Part shown: piece by piece, positions 1 to 12,100 of the stretch | Layout: each line of letters starts with the position of its first letter | Position numbering within the stretch: the first letter of the stretch is position 1 | Source of the DNA: Trichodelitschia bisporula | Lineage: Eukaryota | DNA: 64,000 nt | Direction of reading: 5' to 3' | Assembly (NCBI GenBank): GCA_010356995.1 | Contig: ML996696.1 | Coordinates: 374,364-438,363, forward strand | The notes under the pieces: generated by a model | Databases searched by the model: none | What the model was told of the DNA's origin: nothing | Seen by the model: the letters and a program-made list of their open reading frames with translations, nothing else | Made by a program: the position numbers and the translations under genes

Positions 1-609
1 AAACCATGGTGTATATCGTGTCAAAGGTCCGGTCCGTTTCAGTTCCCCGCTTGGGTGACTCTCTGCCTCGAACATTTTTACTGAGTATCTTTTCCTGACG
101 CTCAAACGTGGTTGAACATAGAAGAAAGGACCATCGAAAGGTAGAGGATAGTTCAAACCCCCCTCAACCACCAGTCGCAGAGTCCTGAGCTCCTCCAGTA
201 ATACGTGGGTATCACCTTGTGAGGCAGCTATGCAGTCGATGACGAGTTTGGTCCTCATTCGAGGCTTAAGCTTCGGTTATGTCCCCTAGGCGCCATGCAT
301 CGTTACGATAGCAGAACCAAACTCCTCTGGTGGTCTTTCCCAGGACCCAAGTCGGTAAAGGTATTTAAGAGGATGGCCTGCTAATCTTTTACCTACTCCG
401 TACAACGCACTCCTTACTTTCACGTCAACACACTTTAACTTCTGCTCATTAAGAGGCTGACAGTTTCTTCACGAAACACGATCGGCCATTGTTCACCAAC
501 CACTTTGGCTCAAAATATACTCTCACAACAGGCTCAAACCAGCCTGACCTTCCGCAATCCACCTCTCGTAACCAAGTCTCTACGAGAACGACCTTTACGA
601 CACCGAAAA

Positions 610-1221
610 ATGAAGTTCTTCAAAAGCTTGCGTTCTCGGAACGGAAAAGCGAAAAAGAGACATGTCGACGACGAATCCCAAAGGCTAAAGACAGCACGAA
701 ATGTGGCCAACACAGAAACTGCATCTTTGTGTCTTATACCACCACGCATGTTCTGCGGACAGTCGGATCGTTGGTCGTTGGGGTCGTTCCGGAGCGAAAT
801 GAAGGCCGCATGGGCTCCGACGTCCCACAAGAAGGACAGTCTGTTCGAACACACCCCATCAAGGCTCTCAACGCCGGCTACTGCTTCTGCATCCACACTC
901 TGCCAAGGTAAGCACCATCTATCCGACATTCCAAGCCAAAGCACAGCCTCAAGACAGGAGAATCCATTTTCATTGACAAAGCGAGAAGCTGACAGCAGTC
1001 TAGAAACACCGACCATACTGCCACCCTCATCACTGCCGCCTCCACCGACCGACGGAAACAATCGCCGCCTCTCAAGGTTCACTGAGCATCTGGATCCCGA
1101 CGAACCCACTACATATCCGGAGACGATGCGGCGGCCTTCGGAGGACCGCCGCTCTTTGGCGGTGGCGGCAAGTTCGAGCCGGCTTTGGGCGGCGGCGCGT
1201 GATCCTGCTCCCTGCTCTTAG
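610..1221 (+). CDS. Orphan Ser/Pro-rich hypothetical protein (~203 aa), 3' end overlapping GRH1 on the opposite strand
   Basis: ATG 610 in A-rich context (GAAAAATG), open to TAG 1221; upstream TATTTAA (362) and CT-rich tract. No recognisable domain. A GTAAGC donor-like site at 908 could alter the model. Confidence 0.35.
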   Translation: MKFFKSLRSRNGKAKKRHVDDESQRLKTARNVANTETASLCLIPPRMFCGQSDRWSLGSFRSEMKAAWAPTSHKKDSLFEHTPSRLSTPATASASTLCQGKHHLSDIPSQSTASRQENPFSLTKREADSSLETPTILPPSSLPPPPTDGNNRRLSRFTEHLDPDEPTTYPETMRRPSEDRRSLAVAASSSRLWAAARDPAPCS

Positions 1222-2271
1222 CCTCACCCTCCTTGAAGTACTCGTCGATTTCCAAGGCCGGTACAGCAAAATTATGCGCTCGGACTTTTCTCTCGCGTTT
1301 GGGCGGTCCAGTACTGGATGGGCGGGAATTTGGTTTGATCATGTCTGCGGGCACCAGGAATTCACCAGGGGGTACCGGGCTTTGGGTATTTGAAGGTGGG
1401 GAGAACAGCACTGGACCTGGCGAGGAGGATAACGCATGCTTCTCGTCCGAAGGCGTTTCGAACATCGTCTCTCCAGGTGCGTGCGGTGGCTCCTCGAGGG
1501 TTGGCGGAATCCGATGCAACGCACCAAAGCCAAGAGTGCAGCCGAGAGCACCCTGTCCACCCCAGCTTCTGGAAGGGGTGATGTCGACATGGCGGGTGAC
1601 ATTGTACTCGTGGTTATAGACGAGTAGGCGAAGGGGACGGTCGAGATGCTGGGACTGCGTGAGCTGCAAGATAGCGAAATGCAAGGATATACACACATGT
1701 TCAACAAGTTCACCGAGCCCTGACTCACCCCGAATGACAGCTTCGGGACTGCCTATCACATAGTCACCATAGGGGAGGAGACCAGCAAGATCGGCAGGCG
1801 AGTTAGGCGCGACATCCAGGATATGCCACACGTCTTCCGTGCCTGACAGAGGGGACCACTGAAGCGTGATGCCTAATGTCGGGTTGTCCTGCGGAAGGGC
1901 AAAGTAAATTTCGCGAATGCGCTGCCCCTGCAGTCCGAGTGGTTAGATATGCCATTGAACGAATGCTCGAGCATACCTTTGCGGTCCACACCCCGAGGCT
2001 TACGGTGGACCCGGCACAATTGCGCACCTCAGTCGCAAAGAGGTTCGGATCACCACTATCCTGACAAGTATCAGCTTTGTCCATAACACGATTGCTGACG
2101 TACCAAAGTGCGACCATTGATGCCGATGATAAAGTCAAACCAAGGTTCCAGAGGGAGATGGTCATTGACATTTTTCAAAATTTGAAACCCGAAAGCCCCG
2201 CCTGTGTCGGAATGTTGCTCCTGCGGATCGCCATCGAGGCGAGAAATGAGCCTGTTGAGTGCACCGAACAT
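1109..2271 (-). CDS. GRH1: Golgi reassembly-stacking protein (GRASP55/65 family, tandem PDZ-like domains)
   Basis: Exons 2271-2104, 2060-1977, 1927-1109 joined by GT..AG introns. Motifs MFGALNRLISRLD, GFQILK..LEPWFDFIIGING, WHILDVAPNSPADLAGLLPYGDYVIG, WGGQGALGCTLGFGALHRIP; Pro-rich tail. Confidence 0.95.
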
Positions 2272-2492
2272 GGTTATCTCTAAGGGACCTAAACGGTGTG
2301 TGCGATGGGAGAGGTTAAAGTCGGACTCGGCGCGTTAACTCCACGTCGTCACCTTCCCGCATCAACCCCTGTGCTTAGCCTTACCGCTTGGCACAACACC
2401 TTCAGCATCAGCCACAACCAGCCACTTGGACTTCAAGCTTCGAGATATCCACAAATCCCAACGTCGAAGCCTTCCACTTTAACCTCAATAAC

Positions 2493-3423
2493 ATGGAGAA
2501 CGGAATCCATCACTACGATGATTCTTCTCAGGTGCCCGAAAATATCAAAAAGTACGCTCTTTCTTCTCCTAGGACATCGGGTAGCACTAACGCCGTCAGG
2601 TACTGGCACCAACGTTACTTGATCTTCTCCGAGTACGATGCAGGCATCCAAATGACTGACGATGCATGGTTTGGAATTACGCCTGAGCCTGTAGCCCGGT
2701 ACGGTCACCTGTATATATGTACTGTGAGGTTGACTGATGTTTTTCACAGGAGAATAGCCGACCATGTTGCGAAGGCTGCCCCCGCTGAGAAGAAAATCCT
2801 TATCGACACATTTGCTGGCGCTGGCGGAAATGCCATTGCTTTCGCCTTGTCAGGCAGGTGGGACCAGATCTTTGCCATCGAGAAGGATCCGCAAGTTCTC
2901 CAATGTGCTAAGCACAACGCTTCCATCTACGGAGTAGAGTCGAAGATCTGGTGGATCGAAGGCGACTGTTTCGGAATCATGAAGACGCGACTGAAAAGCA
3001 CTGCAAAAAATGCCGTCATCTTTGCGAGTCCACCGTGGGGAGGTAAGTCGTTCTTCATCTAACTTAAGGCAGTGAACTCAATGTATTACAGGCCCTGGAT
3101 ACACTGAGGATGCTATTTTCAATCTCAACACGATGCAACCTTATGGGCTCCCCGATCTGTACGATGCATTTGTGAAGCCCGCAAAGGACGTAGTCCTGTA
3201 TCTTCCGAGGACTTCGGATCTCCGGCAGCTTGCAAAATACGTGCCCGACGGCAAAACATTGCAAATCATGCATTACTGCATGAAAGGGGCCAGTAAGGTA
3301 CGAGTCCGCTTCAAAATTTCGCGATTTTTCAGATTGTGCACTGTATCGCCTGCTAAGTTCCCCAAGGCGCTGTGCGTATTTTACGGCGACTTTGCAAACG
3401 TCAAGACCGCTATCGACTATTGA
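2493..3423 (+). CDS. TGS1: Trimethylguanosine synthase (RNA cap hypermethylase)
   Basis: YWHQRYLIFSEYDAGI..DDAWFGITPEPVA, SAM motif IDTFAGAGGNAI, FASPPWGG|PGY, LYLPRTSD. Introns 2699-2749, ~3043-3091, 3298-3366. Confidence 0.93.
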
Positions 3424-3852
3424 CGCCCAAAGAAATGGCTTGGGATGCACTGGATGGGCCGGCAAGAAAGTATTTAGAGACACAATCGACGTCCGAGTAC
3501 AGAGGGTTCAAGCATATCGGGAGCCTGGGGATTTCGAGCTCCCAGTATCAGATGTGTGGAGCGGTTGGTGAATGCAGCAGGAAGTGCAAGTAGAGAGAGC
3601 AGGATGTGTTCGTGTGTTGCTGTGTTGAGATGCAGAAGAAAGAGAGAAGACAGCTCGATATAACCCCAAGTTCCTAGCCCAATGCTGCACATGGTTTTAA
3701 TAACATCACGCTCATGGCGGAAAGTGTCTTTGCTAGTAGCCCTGCTACTTCATGCTTGATTTTGATAGCAGGCGGGGTGCTTATTTCCTCCGAAAGCGTT
3801 AGATCTAATAGCTTAGTGGCATCTTAGTTCAGCTCGCAGTGCACATATCCGC

Positions 3853-4557
3853 TTAACCCTCAGGCGTATAAATCTCCCACGGCACCACATCCACCAGCCC
3901 CTCCCCCGTCCTGCGCATCGCCTCCCTCCTCCCCTCCTCCCCATTCCTCTCCCCCACATCCAGCGCCACCAGAAACCTGCTAACGGCATTATACGCGGCT
4001 ACCGTAGCTGTCAACTCCACCACCGCGCGCTCATCCTGCAGCGCCGCACGCAGCCGCTGCATTTCCCCCTCCCGCACCGCAACATTTGCCGTCATGGTAT
4101 CCGTGTACGCCAGCACCGCGAGCAGCGTCTCATCCATCCCGGCCTTAGCCGCCTCTTCACTCGGCTCGTGCCCCTGCGTTGGAGAGGAGAGAATGTACGC
4201 GAGCCCGGCCTCGCTGGTGCCTGCCGCGGTGAGCAGCGGTGCGTGGTGCTCCCATTCGTACCACGCGCGGTTGAGGGAGGCGATGCGGCAGATGGCGGTT
4301 TCCCGTACGGTGGGCGTGAGGGTGGTGCGCGTGCGGATCGCGCCGAGGAAGGTATTCCTGCGGGGTTAGTGAGAGGCACTGAGTTGGTTTTGGTTTTGGT
4401 GGACGCACCAGCCGTCGGTGACTGGCGGTGAGTGTAGGAGTGTTAGATCGAGCGGGGTGAGCCCGCGGGCGCCGCGGCGGGCGACAACGCGGTTGATTAT
4501 GGCTTCGTCGTCCGGGGTCGGGTTGGGCGGGGGGTTTGGGACGTAGGGGAGGCGCAT
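3853..4557 (-). CDS. Carboxymuconolactone decarboxylase / AhpD-like protein
   Basis: Exons 4557-4409 and 4357-3853. MRLPY..LDLTLLHSPPVTDGWNTFLGAIR, RETAICRIASLNRAWYEWEHH, VVELTATVAAYNAVSRFLVALDV are typical of the fungal CMD-like family. Confidence 0.88.
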
Positions 4558-5436
4558 GGTTGTGGATATGGGTGATGAATGGTTGGGACGGTGGGTGAGC
4601 GGTGCTGAGGGTTTGAGGAGGGTGGAGGTTAGTATTATTGCGTCGTCGTCGCTGACGCGGAAGGGATGACGTGCGTGTGTACCGGGCCGAGGCGCTGCGG
4701 GGCAGGGCTGAGATCGGCTGAGTGGAGCGGCAAGGCTGCGGGATTATGGGCGAGACGGGGTGGGGCGAGAAAGTCAGCGCCGCTCGAGCGGGGAAGCTTG
4801 GGTGCGGGTGGAGCTGTGACTTCCTTGCCTGCGCCGTGATGGCGACGCAGGGCAGTGGATGTTTGTCAGATCAAGGCTGCATTAAAAGCAGCTAGTTGAG
4901 GATAGTAATACGGTAGAAATGATTAAGTCGATGCTCGGTTCCGACTTCAGGTAAAACATCAGCTCATGTCGTTTTCACGGTGATGAGTGTTCATGGTACG
5001 TTGACCTTGGTTATTCGGTACTGTTGAGCGCCTAGCGTCGAGTCGTTAGTTCTACAGATACAAAGCCTACCCTAGGACAGACGTATCGCTGAAATGCTTG
5101 CAAGATTCCAGCGATCTCGCAAGCTGGTTTCTGGCTCACGAGGAAACCGGGTCCCAGGCAGAGGATGGAACTGCAGCCTATTCTCCCACCGATCTTCCGT
5201 CACAGGTACTTAAGTCAACCGTGTGTCTCCCACTGGATTGCAGTCACCACCAAGCTTTCTATCCTTTCTGCCACCAAGTTAAAGCCGATCTCTTTTCAAT
5301 GTCCGAGGAGGTCATGACCACGAGTACCAGGCCTCAAGAGGCGTAAGATGACTTTGATCGAAGTTGAGACAAGTGTCGTCAAAACTTCGAGAATAAGCAT
5401 GATCCCCTAAAGGAGACTCATCAAATCATCGAGGAT

Positions 5437-6512
5437 ATGGAGGAAACTGTAGAGCATATGGAGCACATATCGAAGAATCTCCCGTTTAAACGCTCGCCTG
5501 CAAAATACTTTACCTACAGCGAGTCACTACGGCTTCCGTCAGTCGAAGAGCTCCTAATAATGTCGGTTTTATTGGAAAAGTTGAATCGGATAAGAGGTGG
5601 AGATCAACCAAATCACCTCCCGCGCTGGAAATATGGTCTTCGTACGAGCATATCTTCCGCTGCTTCGGTGCTTCGTCCTAGACCATGTACTAACATGATC
5701 GCGCAGAACCTTTCGAGTTTCCTGCCATACACTGGGACTGGGATAATTTTTGGGACGAACATGAACAGGGACGTGGCGTCTTCGCTAGCGTCGAGGAAAA
5801 TGACGAGAAGGGAGTTGGCCATGCCGCTGAGAGTGAGAGCGGCGACATCTTCGCCGGCGCTGAGGACCACAACGATGAAGGAGCTGCGCATATCACTGAC
5901 AGTGAGAGGGATGAGATTTCTATCAGCATTGACTACAACGATGAAGGAGCTGTCCATACCGCTGAAAGTGAGGGGGATGACATCTCCGCCAGCGCAGAAG
6001 AAAACGGAGACGAAGGGTGTGCTTACTCTACTTAGAGTGTGCGGAATAGCTGCTTCGCCAGCCCTGAGGACAACTACGATGAAGAAGCTGCCCATATCAC
6101 TGACAGTGAGCGGGATCGCATCTCCATCAGCGCTGAGGACAACAACGATGAAGGAGCTGCCCACATCACTGACAGTGAGAGGTATGACATCTCCGCCTGC
6201 GCCGAGGATGACGAAGAAGAAGAGGATGCTCATTCCACTGAGAGTGTGCGGGGTTGCAGCTTTGTCAGCGCGGCTAAAAACTACGAGAAAGGAGCTGCCC
6301 ATGGCGTTGAGGAAGTGTGGGGGGGCTTCTTCTCCTATGCTGAGGAATTCGGCGAAGAATGGACTGGAACGGAAGGCTTTTCTCTAGTCGAGGTTAAAGG
6401 AGGACGGTACATGTATCAAGTTGGTTGCTGGACTATGTGGAACCTCGTCCTAGACACGTACTATACAGTTTTCAGCCACCAACTTCCGACGGTGGACAGG
6501 TGGAGGCGGTGA
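5437..6512 (+). pseudogene. Acidic 20-aa-repeat hypothetical gene with in-frame TAG at 6033-6035 (truncated allele or pseudogene)
   Basis: Intron 5642-5706 (GTACGA..TACTAAC..GCGCAG) splices the 5437 ORF into an Asp/Glu-rich frame (AEDHNDEGAAHITDSERDEIS repeats). That frame is broken by one TAG and then continues to 6512. Start uncertain. Confidence 0.5.
5780..6320 (+). repeat. Degenerate ~60-bp tandem repeat, about 9 units
   Basis: Recurring GCGCTGAGGAC..CAACGATGAAGGAGCTGCCCATATCACTGACAGTGAG at ~60-bp spacing (5857, 6060, 6130 etc.). Confidence 0.85.
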
Positions 6513-8919
6513 CGATGATGAGGAAGGCGGCGTGAGCAAGAGTCATTACTAGCGGAGAACGGTGCAGCTATCAAGTTGGTTCTGGTTCAGGGTGTTATCC
6601 AAGGACCCCTAAAGAGGACGTAACTGCCGCGTAATCCCTTGTTTCAGGTCATTGAAGGGTAGTGATGAGTGAGGCTGTGTTGGAGGAGGATTTCGACCGG
6701 AGCCGGCTCCGGATCGTTGCCTGAGATGTTCACCAGGCCAACCCAAGCTTCGGCCTCGCCCTCATATCATCAGCCGAATGACGCTGGCTGACGATAACTG
6801 ATTGAATTCTTCTTGCGCTAGACTGACCGCTAGACTGGCCCCTATAATGATTCCAGGATGGAGAAGAGACCAAGGCCTCACGAACCGAAATCGAGACACA
6901 AGGTTCTGCAGTGGCGCGTGCCACACCATTATCTGTGGGGAAATATGTCATTAGCATATCTTCACCTTGGGAAAGCGAACTTATATGAGATTTACTGAGC
7001 GACTTTAAAAGCTTCGGGCAACCACGGTTGAGAGCGAGGCACGACTCCTGCAGTGCAGGCTGTTGTGGCGCGTCTTACATCCTCTTCGATGTGGGGATGC
7101 ATGAACACCGGTTCTAATGCGGGGGGAGAAGTTAACAGCTGCAATTAGCACCGGTGTCAGCACGAAGCCTCAGCCTTGAGCATAAAAAGCTCTCCACACC
7201 AGAGAACTCCACGCAGCTGCAGCAGTAGGGAACGCCGAAGCCCATCACCACCGGTCTCGCTCTCGCCGTCGGCCTTCTTTTCACATCCCCCCAACGCAAC
7301 CAGAACCTTCCACCTGCTTCCGCCACAACCCCCACCCCATCCGCAACGTTGCAACCCGCCAAGCGACCCATGCATCTGGGCCTTAGAGCGGCAGGTATCA
7401 ACGGCGACGCTGGGAGATTGCATCGCGCAGAGCCGGCGCCGCAATCCCAACGCAAACGCAAGGGCCGGATTCGACGCAGTCCGACATCAATCACACAAAC
7501 CGGATCTCGCATATCCTCGTCCTCTAAGCCCCCGGGGGGAATCACTCGCGCCAAACAAGTCCGTATTCGTCGATAACCGGCAGGCAGTTCCGGCCCCCGC
7601 TCCGGTTCCTCGTTGAGGCAGTTTCTCGCGACCCACACGCGAGCCGGATGTCCCCTGCCTCAAATACCGGATTCGAGGACTCAACGGCCGGATACTTGCC
7701 GTTGCCCGCGCACAAACGGCCCCTCCATATCCCGCCCCCGGGCCGCCCGCCCGCCCGCGGTGGCAAGCGGATAACACCAGCCTCAACGGCCGTGCCCCAC
7801 AGCGGCATGGCTCACTCCTGAAGACCGCCACGCGTGGCGCGGCGCAAGCAGGCCAGCCATCTGGCTGCCAGATTGCGCTGCGCAAAGGAATGCCGAAGTT
7901 GAATTTAGCGTGCAGTTCGCGTGAAGGGCGCGGTGGTAAGGGCCGGGGTGGAACAAAGACTTGGTGCTGGACAACGTTGCAGGCGCAGAGGGTTGTGCGA
8001 CGGGGAGTGGAGAGTGAAGTGTGCTGACAGGCGATGGGCGATGAGAGGTTGATAGAGATGGTGGTACGGTGCGCGGGTACCTGACATATATGCCGTGGCA
8101 CCGCAGCTCATTTCATTTTTGTGCTACAGCGGTGGCGGGGCGAATCCAAGCCTTTGGTCGGAGCTAGGGAGCTGTGAGGTGGTGATATTGGGCGTTGTTG
8201 CGTTGGTGCGCAGGAGCGAGATGGTGGCTTCTGATGCTGTGCCATTACTGATGTTGTGTTGTCGTTCTTTCTTCCCTGACGCCGTTATCCTGCTCAATGC
8301 CGTAAAAACGCACAGCCTCCTCAACCGTCATCCGGCCCGCTGCCGAAGGGTGGAACAGTGCGGACACCAGCACCAGCCCCTCAATCGCACAGGCCAGACC
8401 AAAGCATGTACCCCAGGCCGTTACACGGCGGCGCACGTACAATTTGCCCCATTGAGCCATCGATATTCCCCCTCATCACGCTGCAGCCCATCACGGTCAA
8501 AGCGCTGTTCCTCCCGCCCCCTGGCGGGCTATGCCTCCCGCGGCGCGGATGAGGTGATGGCAAACGCGTGAGCGAACCTTGTGCGGAGGCATGGAACGTT
8601 GGGCGTGATCCGCCGCTTTGATGCTGCTTTCACGCCGCTTTCGCTCGTCTACCCGTGTGAACAACGGGCCCGTCCCCCGCCGGCATAACCCCTCCTGCAC
8701 GTTGCGGTCCCGTCGCCGGTAGGCTGGATACGCGGTGGTAATGAAAGGGGGGCAGAGGACAGCTTGAGCGGCGCTAGCGGGGCGCAGGGCTCACTGCAGC
8801 AAGTCAGGTCAAACGTATTGCACCTGCTAGCCCATCGCGGGGGGGAGCAGGGGGAGGGGGAGGGGTGTACTTCCCGGGAGCAGATCCCAACCGGGTGTTC
8901 CGCGAGAAGGAAAGTGGAA

Positions 8920-8926
8920 TATAAAA
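8920..8926 (+). promoter_or_regulatory. TATA box of the giant secreted repeat gene
   Basis: TATAAAA ~190 bp upstream of ATG 9111, followed by a pyrimidine-rich tract. Confidence 0.55.
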
Positions 8927-9110
8927 GCGATGCTGATCTTGTGTGGCCGTCCGGACTTCTCCCCTCTCGCTACGCCAACGCTCGTTGTGGTTTTTACTCT
9001 CGTTTTTGTGTCTGTTCGTTTTTGGTCGGCCAGGAGTCGGAGTGGATAGGAACGATCTTTCCTGTCGTTCCCTCGACGCCCCGCGGCTAGCCCGCTGAGA
9101 GATACTAACC

Positions 9111-12100
9111 ATGAGGCTGTCGTCGGCCTTCCTCGCTGGCCTTGCCGTGGCCGGCGCCACCGCCGAGCCGCTCAAGCTGCGTACGTCACGTGTCTCAGCC
9201 TTGCCATATCCTTCTAACCTTCCATAGGCCGCGCCCTCGCCCGCCTCGGCATCGACACCTACAGCACCAGCAGCGCCTCGTCGACCTACTCCCTTGAGTC
9301 ACCAGAGTCCTCAACCGAAGTCTCCCCCGTGATCGCTACCGACCAGCCGGACGATGACACAGCCACCTCCTTCCGTACCCTCACGGCCACCGCAAGTGGC
9401 ATGTCGACGCACACCTACGGGCCCTGGTTCCCCTTCAACACAACCACGACTCCCATCCCCCCACCACCAGAGAGCACCACGCCCTGCCCGGAGGAGGAAA
9501 CACCTGTCCCTGTACATAGCGGACCGGAAGGGAACTCAACCGGTAGACCTGGACAAAGTGGGACAGGCCTACTCCCGTCATCCCGCCCGTCGCCGAGCAG
9601 CACGCCGCGGGGTAGCGCACCACGTCCCGTTCCGCAAGTCACAGTTGGCCCGAGCGGACCACGCCCGTTGCGGCCCATCCCGTCGGGAACTGGGGCTTCT
9701 GGCACGGGCTCCGCTGCGAGCGTTGGTCCGGGCCAGCCGGGAAACGAGACCAGCGCCGGGCCGAGCGGGTCGGCGCCGACGGTGACGCTGACGCTGCCGA
9801 GCGGCCCAACGTCGTTTGGAGGGGAAGGAGCTCAAACCCCGGTCGAAAGCTTGACGGAGGTTGGCATTGGTGCCCCGACTGAGAGTCTCCCGGCCAGCGC
9901 TACCGGCGTCCCAGCCCCGTCATCTAACGACACCAGCATCCCAAGTGGAACAGGCGCACCCCCAGTCCCAGTCGAAAGTACTCCCGCCAGTCTCACCGGC
10001 CCGCCAACCCCGTCCGGTAATGGCACGTCCAGCACGCCCATTGAAACCGGCCCGCCGTCCATTCCAGCCGAAACCGGACACAGCGGCACCGGCCTTCCGT
10101 CGCCCTCCAGCAACGCAACCTCAGCCACCGCACCCAGCGGCACGGATTCCCCCTCCGGACCCATTCCAGTCAGCGGCACCGAGACCCCCTCCAATGCTAC
10201 TAATACCACTCCTAGCGGCTCCGGCGCGCCGTTCTCGCCGCCTGAAAGCAGCACCAGTGGACCTGGTGTGCCTTCTCCCTCCGGGAACAGCACGTCGGGT
10301 ATTCCACCCAGCGGTACCGGGCCATCCCCACTCGCTACTGGACCCACGAGCGTCTCTGGTCTCCCGATGCCGTCAAACGGCACTAGCGAGCAGCCCAGTG
10401 GAACCGGCGCAACCCCCGGTGCCCCTGAAGGCAGCCCAAGCGGAACTGGCGTGTCCGCGCCCTCAGGAAACGCAACCGGTATTGCACCGTCTGGAGCCGG
10501 CCCGTTGGTGCCGAGCGAAAGTGCACCGAGTGGAACGAACGCGCCTGTACCGTCAGTCAACGCGACAAACGCGCCTGTCAGCGGCACCGAGGCGCCAGGC
10601 CCCGAGTCGAGCGCAGTGCCGAGCGGGACCGGAGCTCCAGGGCTGCCGACGAATGGAACGGCCCCTACTGAGAGCGGAACGGGGGTACCTTCAGGGCCAA
10701 CGGAGATTGCGCCGGCGAGCGGGACGGGGGTTCCTTCGCCTTCGCTGAATGGTACCAGTACTTCGCCCAGTGGAACGGCGCCGGCCTCTCCATCTGAAAG
10801 CAATTTTGGTGTCCCTCCTTTTGCTCAGAATATTACCAATGTTATCGGGACCGGCACGGCACCGCCGGGTGTCTCGACTGGTGGGCCTTCGCCTTCGTTC
10901 AATGGTACAAGTGGCTCCCCCAGCGGAAATGCGCCGTCCTCTGGAAGTATTCCCGCGAGAGAGACTGGGGTTCCTTCGCCTTCCCTCAACGCCACAAGCT
11001 CACCCACTGGAACTGTGCCTGCATCATCGTCCGAAAGCAATTTCGGCGTCCCTCCTTTTGCTCAAAATATCACTAACGTCATTGGCACTGGCACCGCACC
11101 GCCAGCTTCCTCAACTGGCGTGCCTCTACCCTCGTTCAATGGCACAAGTGGTTCCCCCAGTGGGATAGCGCCAGGTGAAACTGGCCCTTCATCCCCCAGC
11201 GGAAGCAGTCCCAGCGGCACCGGAATCCCATCCTCCTCGTTCAATGCTACCAACGTGGCACCGAGTGGAACCGTTCCATCTTCGCTGGAAAGCGGCCCGG
11301 TTGGCAGCACTGGCATCCCGACGCCGCCGTCAAACAGCAGCATCCCCAGCGGCACTGGCTCGTCCCCACCTTTCCTCACCGGCGTGCCCGCTCCATCCGG
11401 TAACGAAACCTCACCCCTTCCCAGCGGAACGGGTCCCGCACCGTCCGGTACACCCGGTGTGCCGAACTCGCCCGCAAACGCAACCTCCACGCCGCCTGTC
11501 GGGACCGGAACCGCGCCGTTCGAGTTGCCAGGCCCATCAAGCGCGCCCAGCCCCTCGACGAATGAAACATCGAGCGCGCCCTTCCGAACCGGCGTACCCT
11601 CCCCATCCGGCAATGAAACTAGCGGCATCCCAGCTACTGAAACCGGCTCTGTTCCCCCCTTCCTCACCGGCATGCCCTCGCCGTCAGGAAACGAGTCTGG
11701 CATCATCCCGCCCAGCGGAACCGGCGTATCTCCTTCCGGTCCCTCGGGAGTAGGTCCCACGGGGCCAGGGAACGAGACATCCGGCATCCCCTCCAGCGGC
11801 ACAGGCGCACCCTCCGTTCCCGAAAGCGGAACCGGCGCCCAATCCACCCCCGTCAACGCAACCAGCGCCCCGAGCTCATCAACGTACATTCCCAGCGCAT
11901 CCGCGAGCAGCCCACCGGCGCCTTCGATTGGTGAAACGGCGGGTATACCACCTAACGGTACGGCAGTGCTTGGTACGTCTAGCCAGCCCGCAACGGGCCT
12001 GCCTGGTCCGGTAGGAAATGAGACATCTGGGATTCCGCCGAGCGGTACGGGAGTCTCGCCGTTGCCTTTGGGTTCGTCGACCGCGCCATTCACAACAGGC

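Noticed and set aside
1..20. Minus-strand CACC-ATG-G at 7, possibly the start of a gene leaving the window
   Set aside because: Only two codons visible; cannot be supported.
5780..6320. Possible CRISPR-like array
   Set aside because: Contiguous degenerate coding repeats without unique spacers; eukaryotic context and no cas genes.
7100..8800. Many overlapping 60-200 aa ORFs
   Set aside because: No domain and no consistent splice model; probably the GC-rich upstream region of the 9111 gene.
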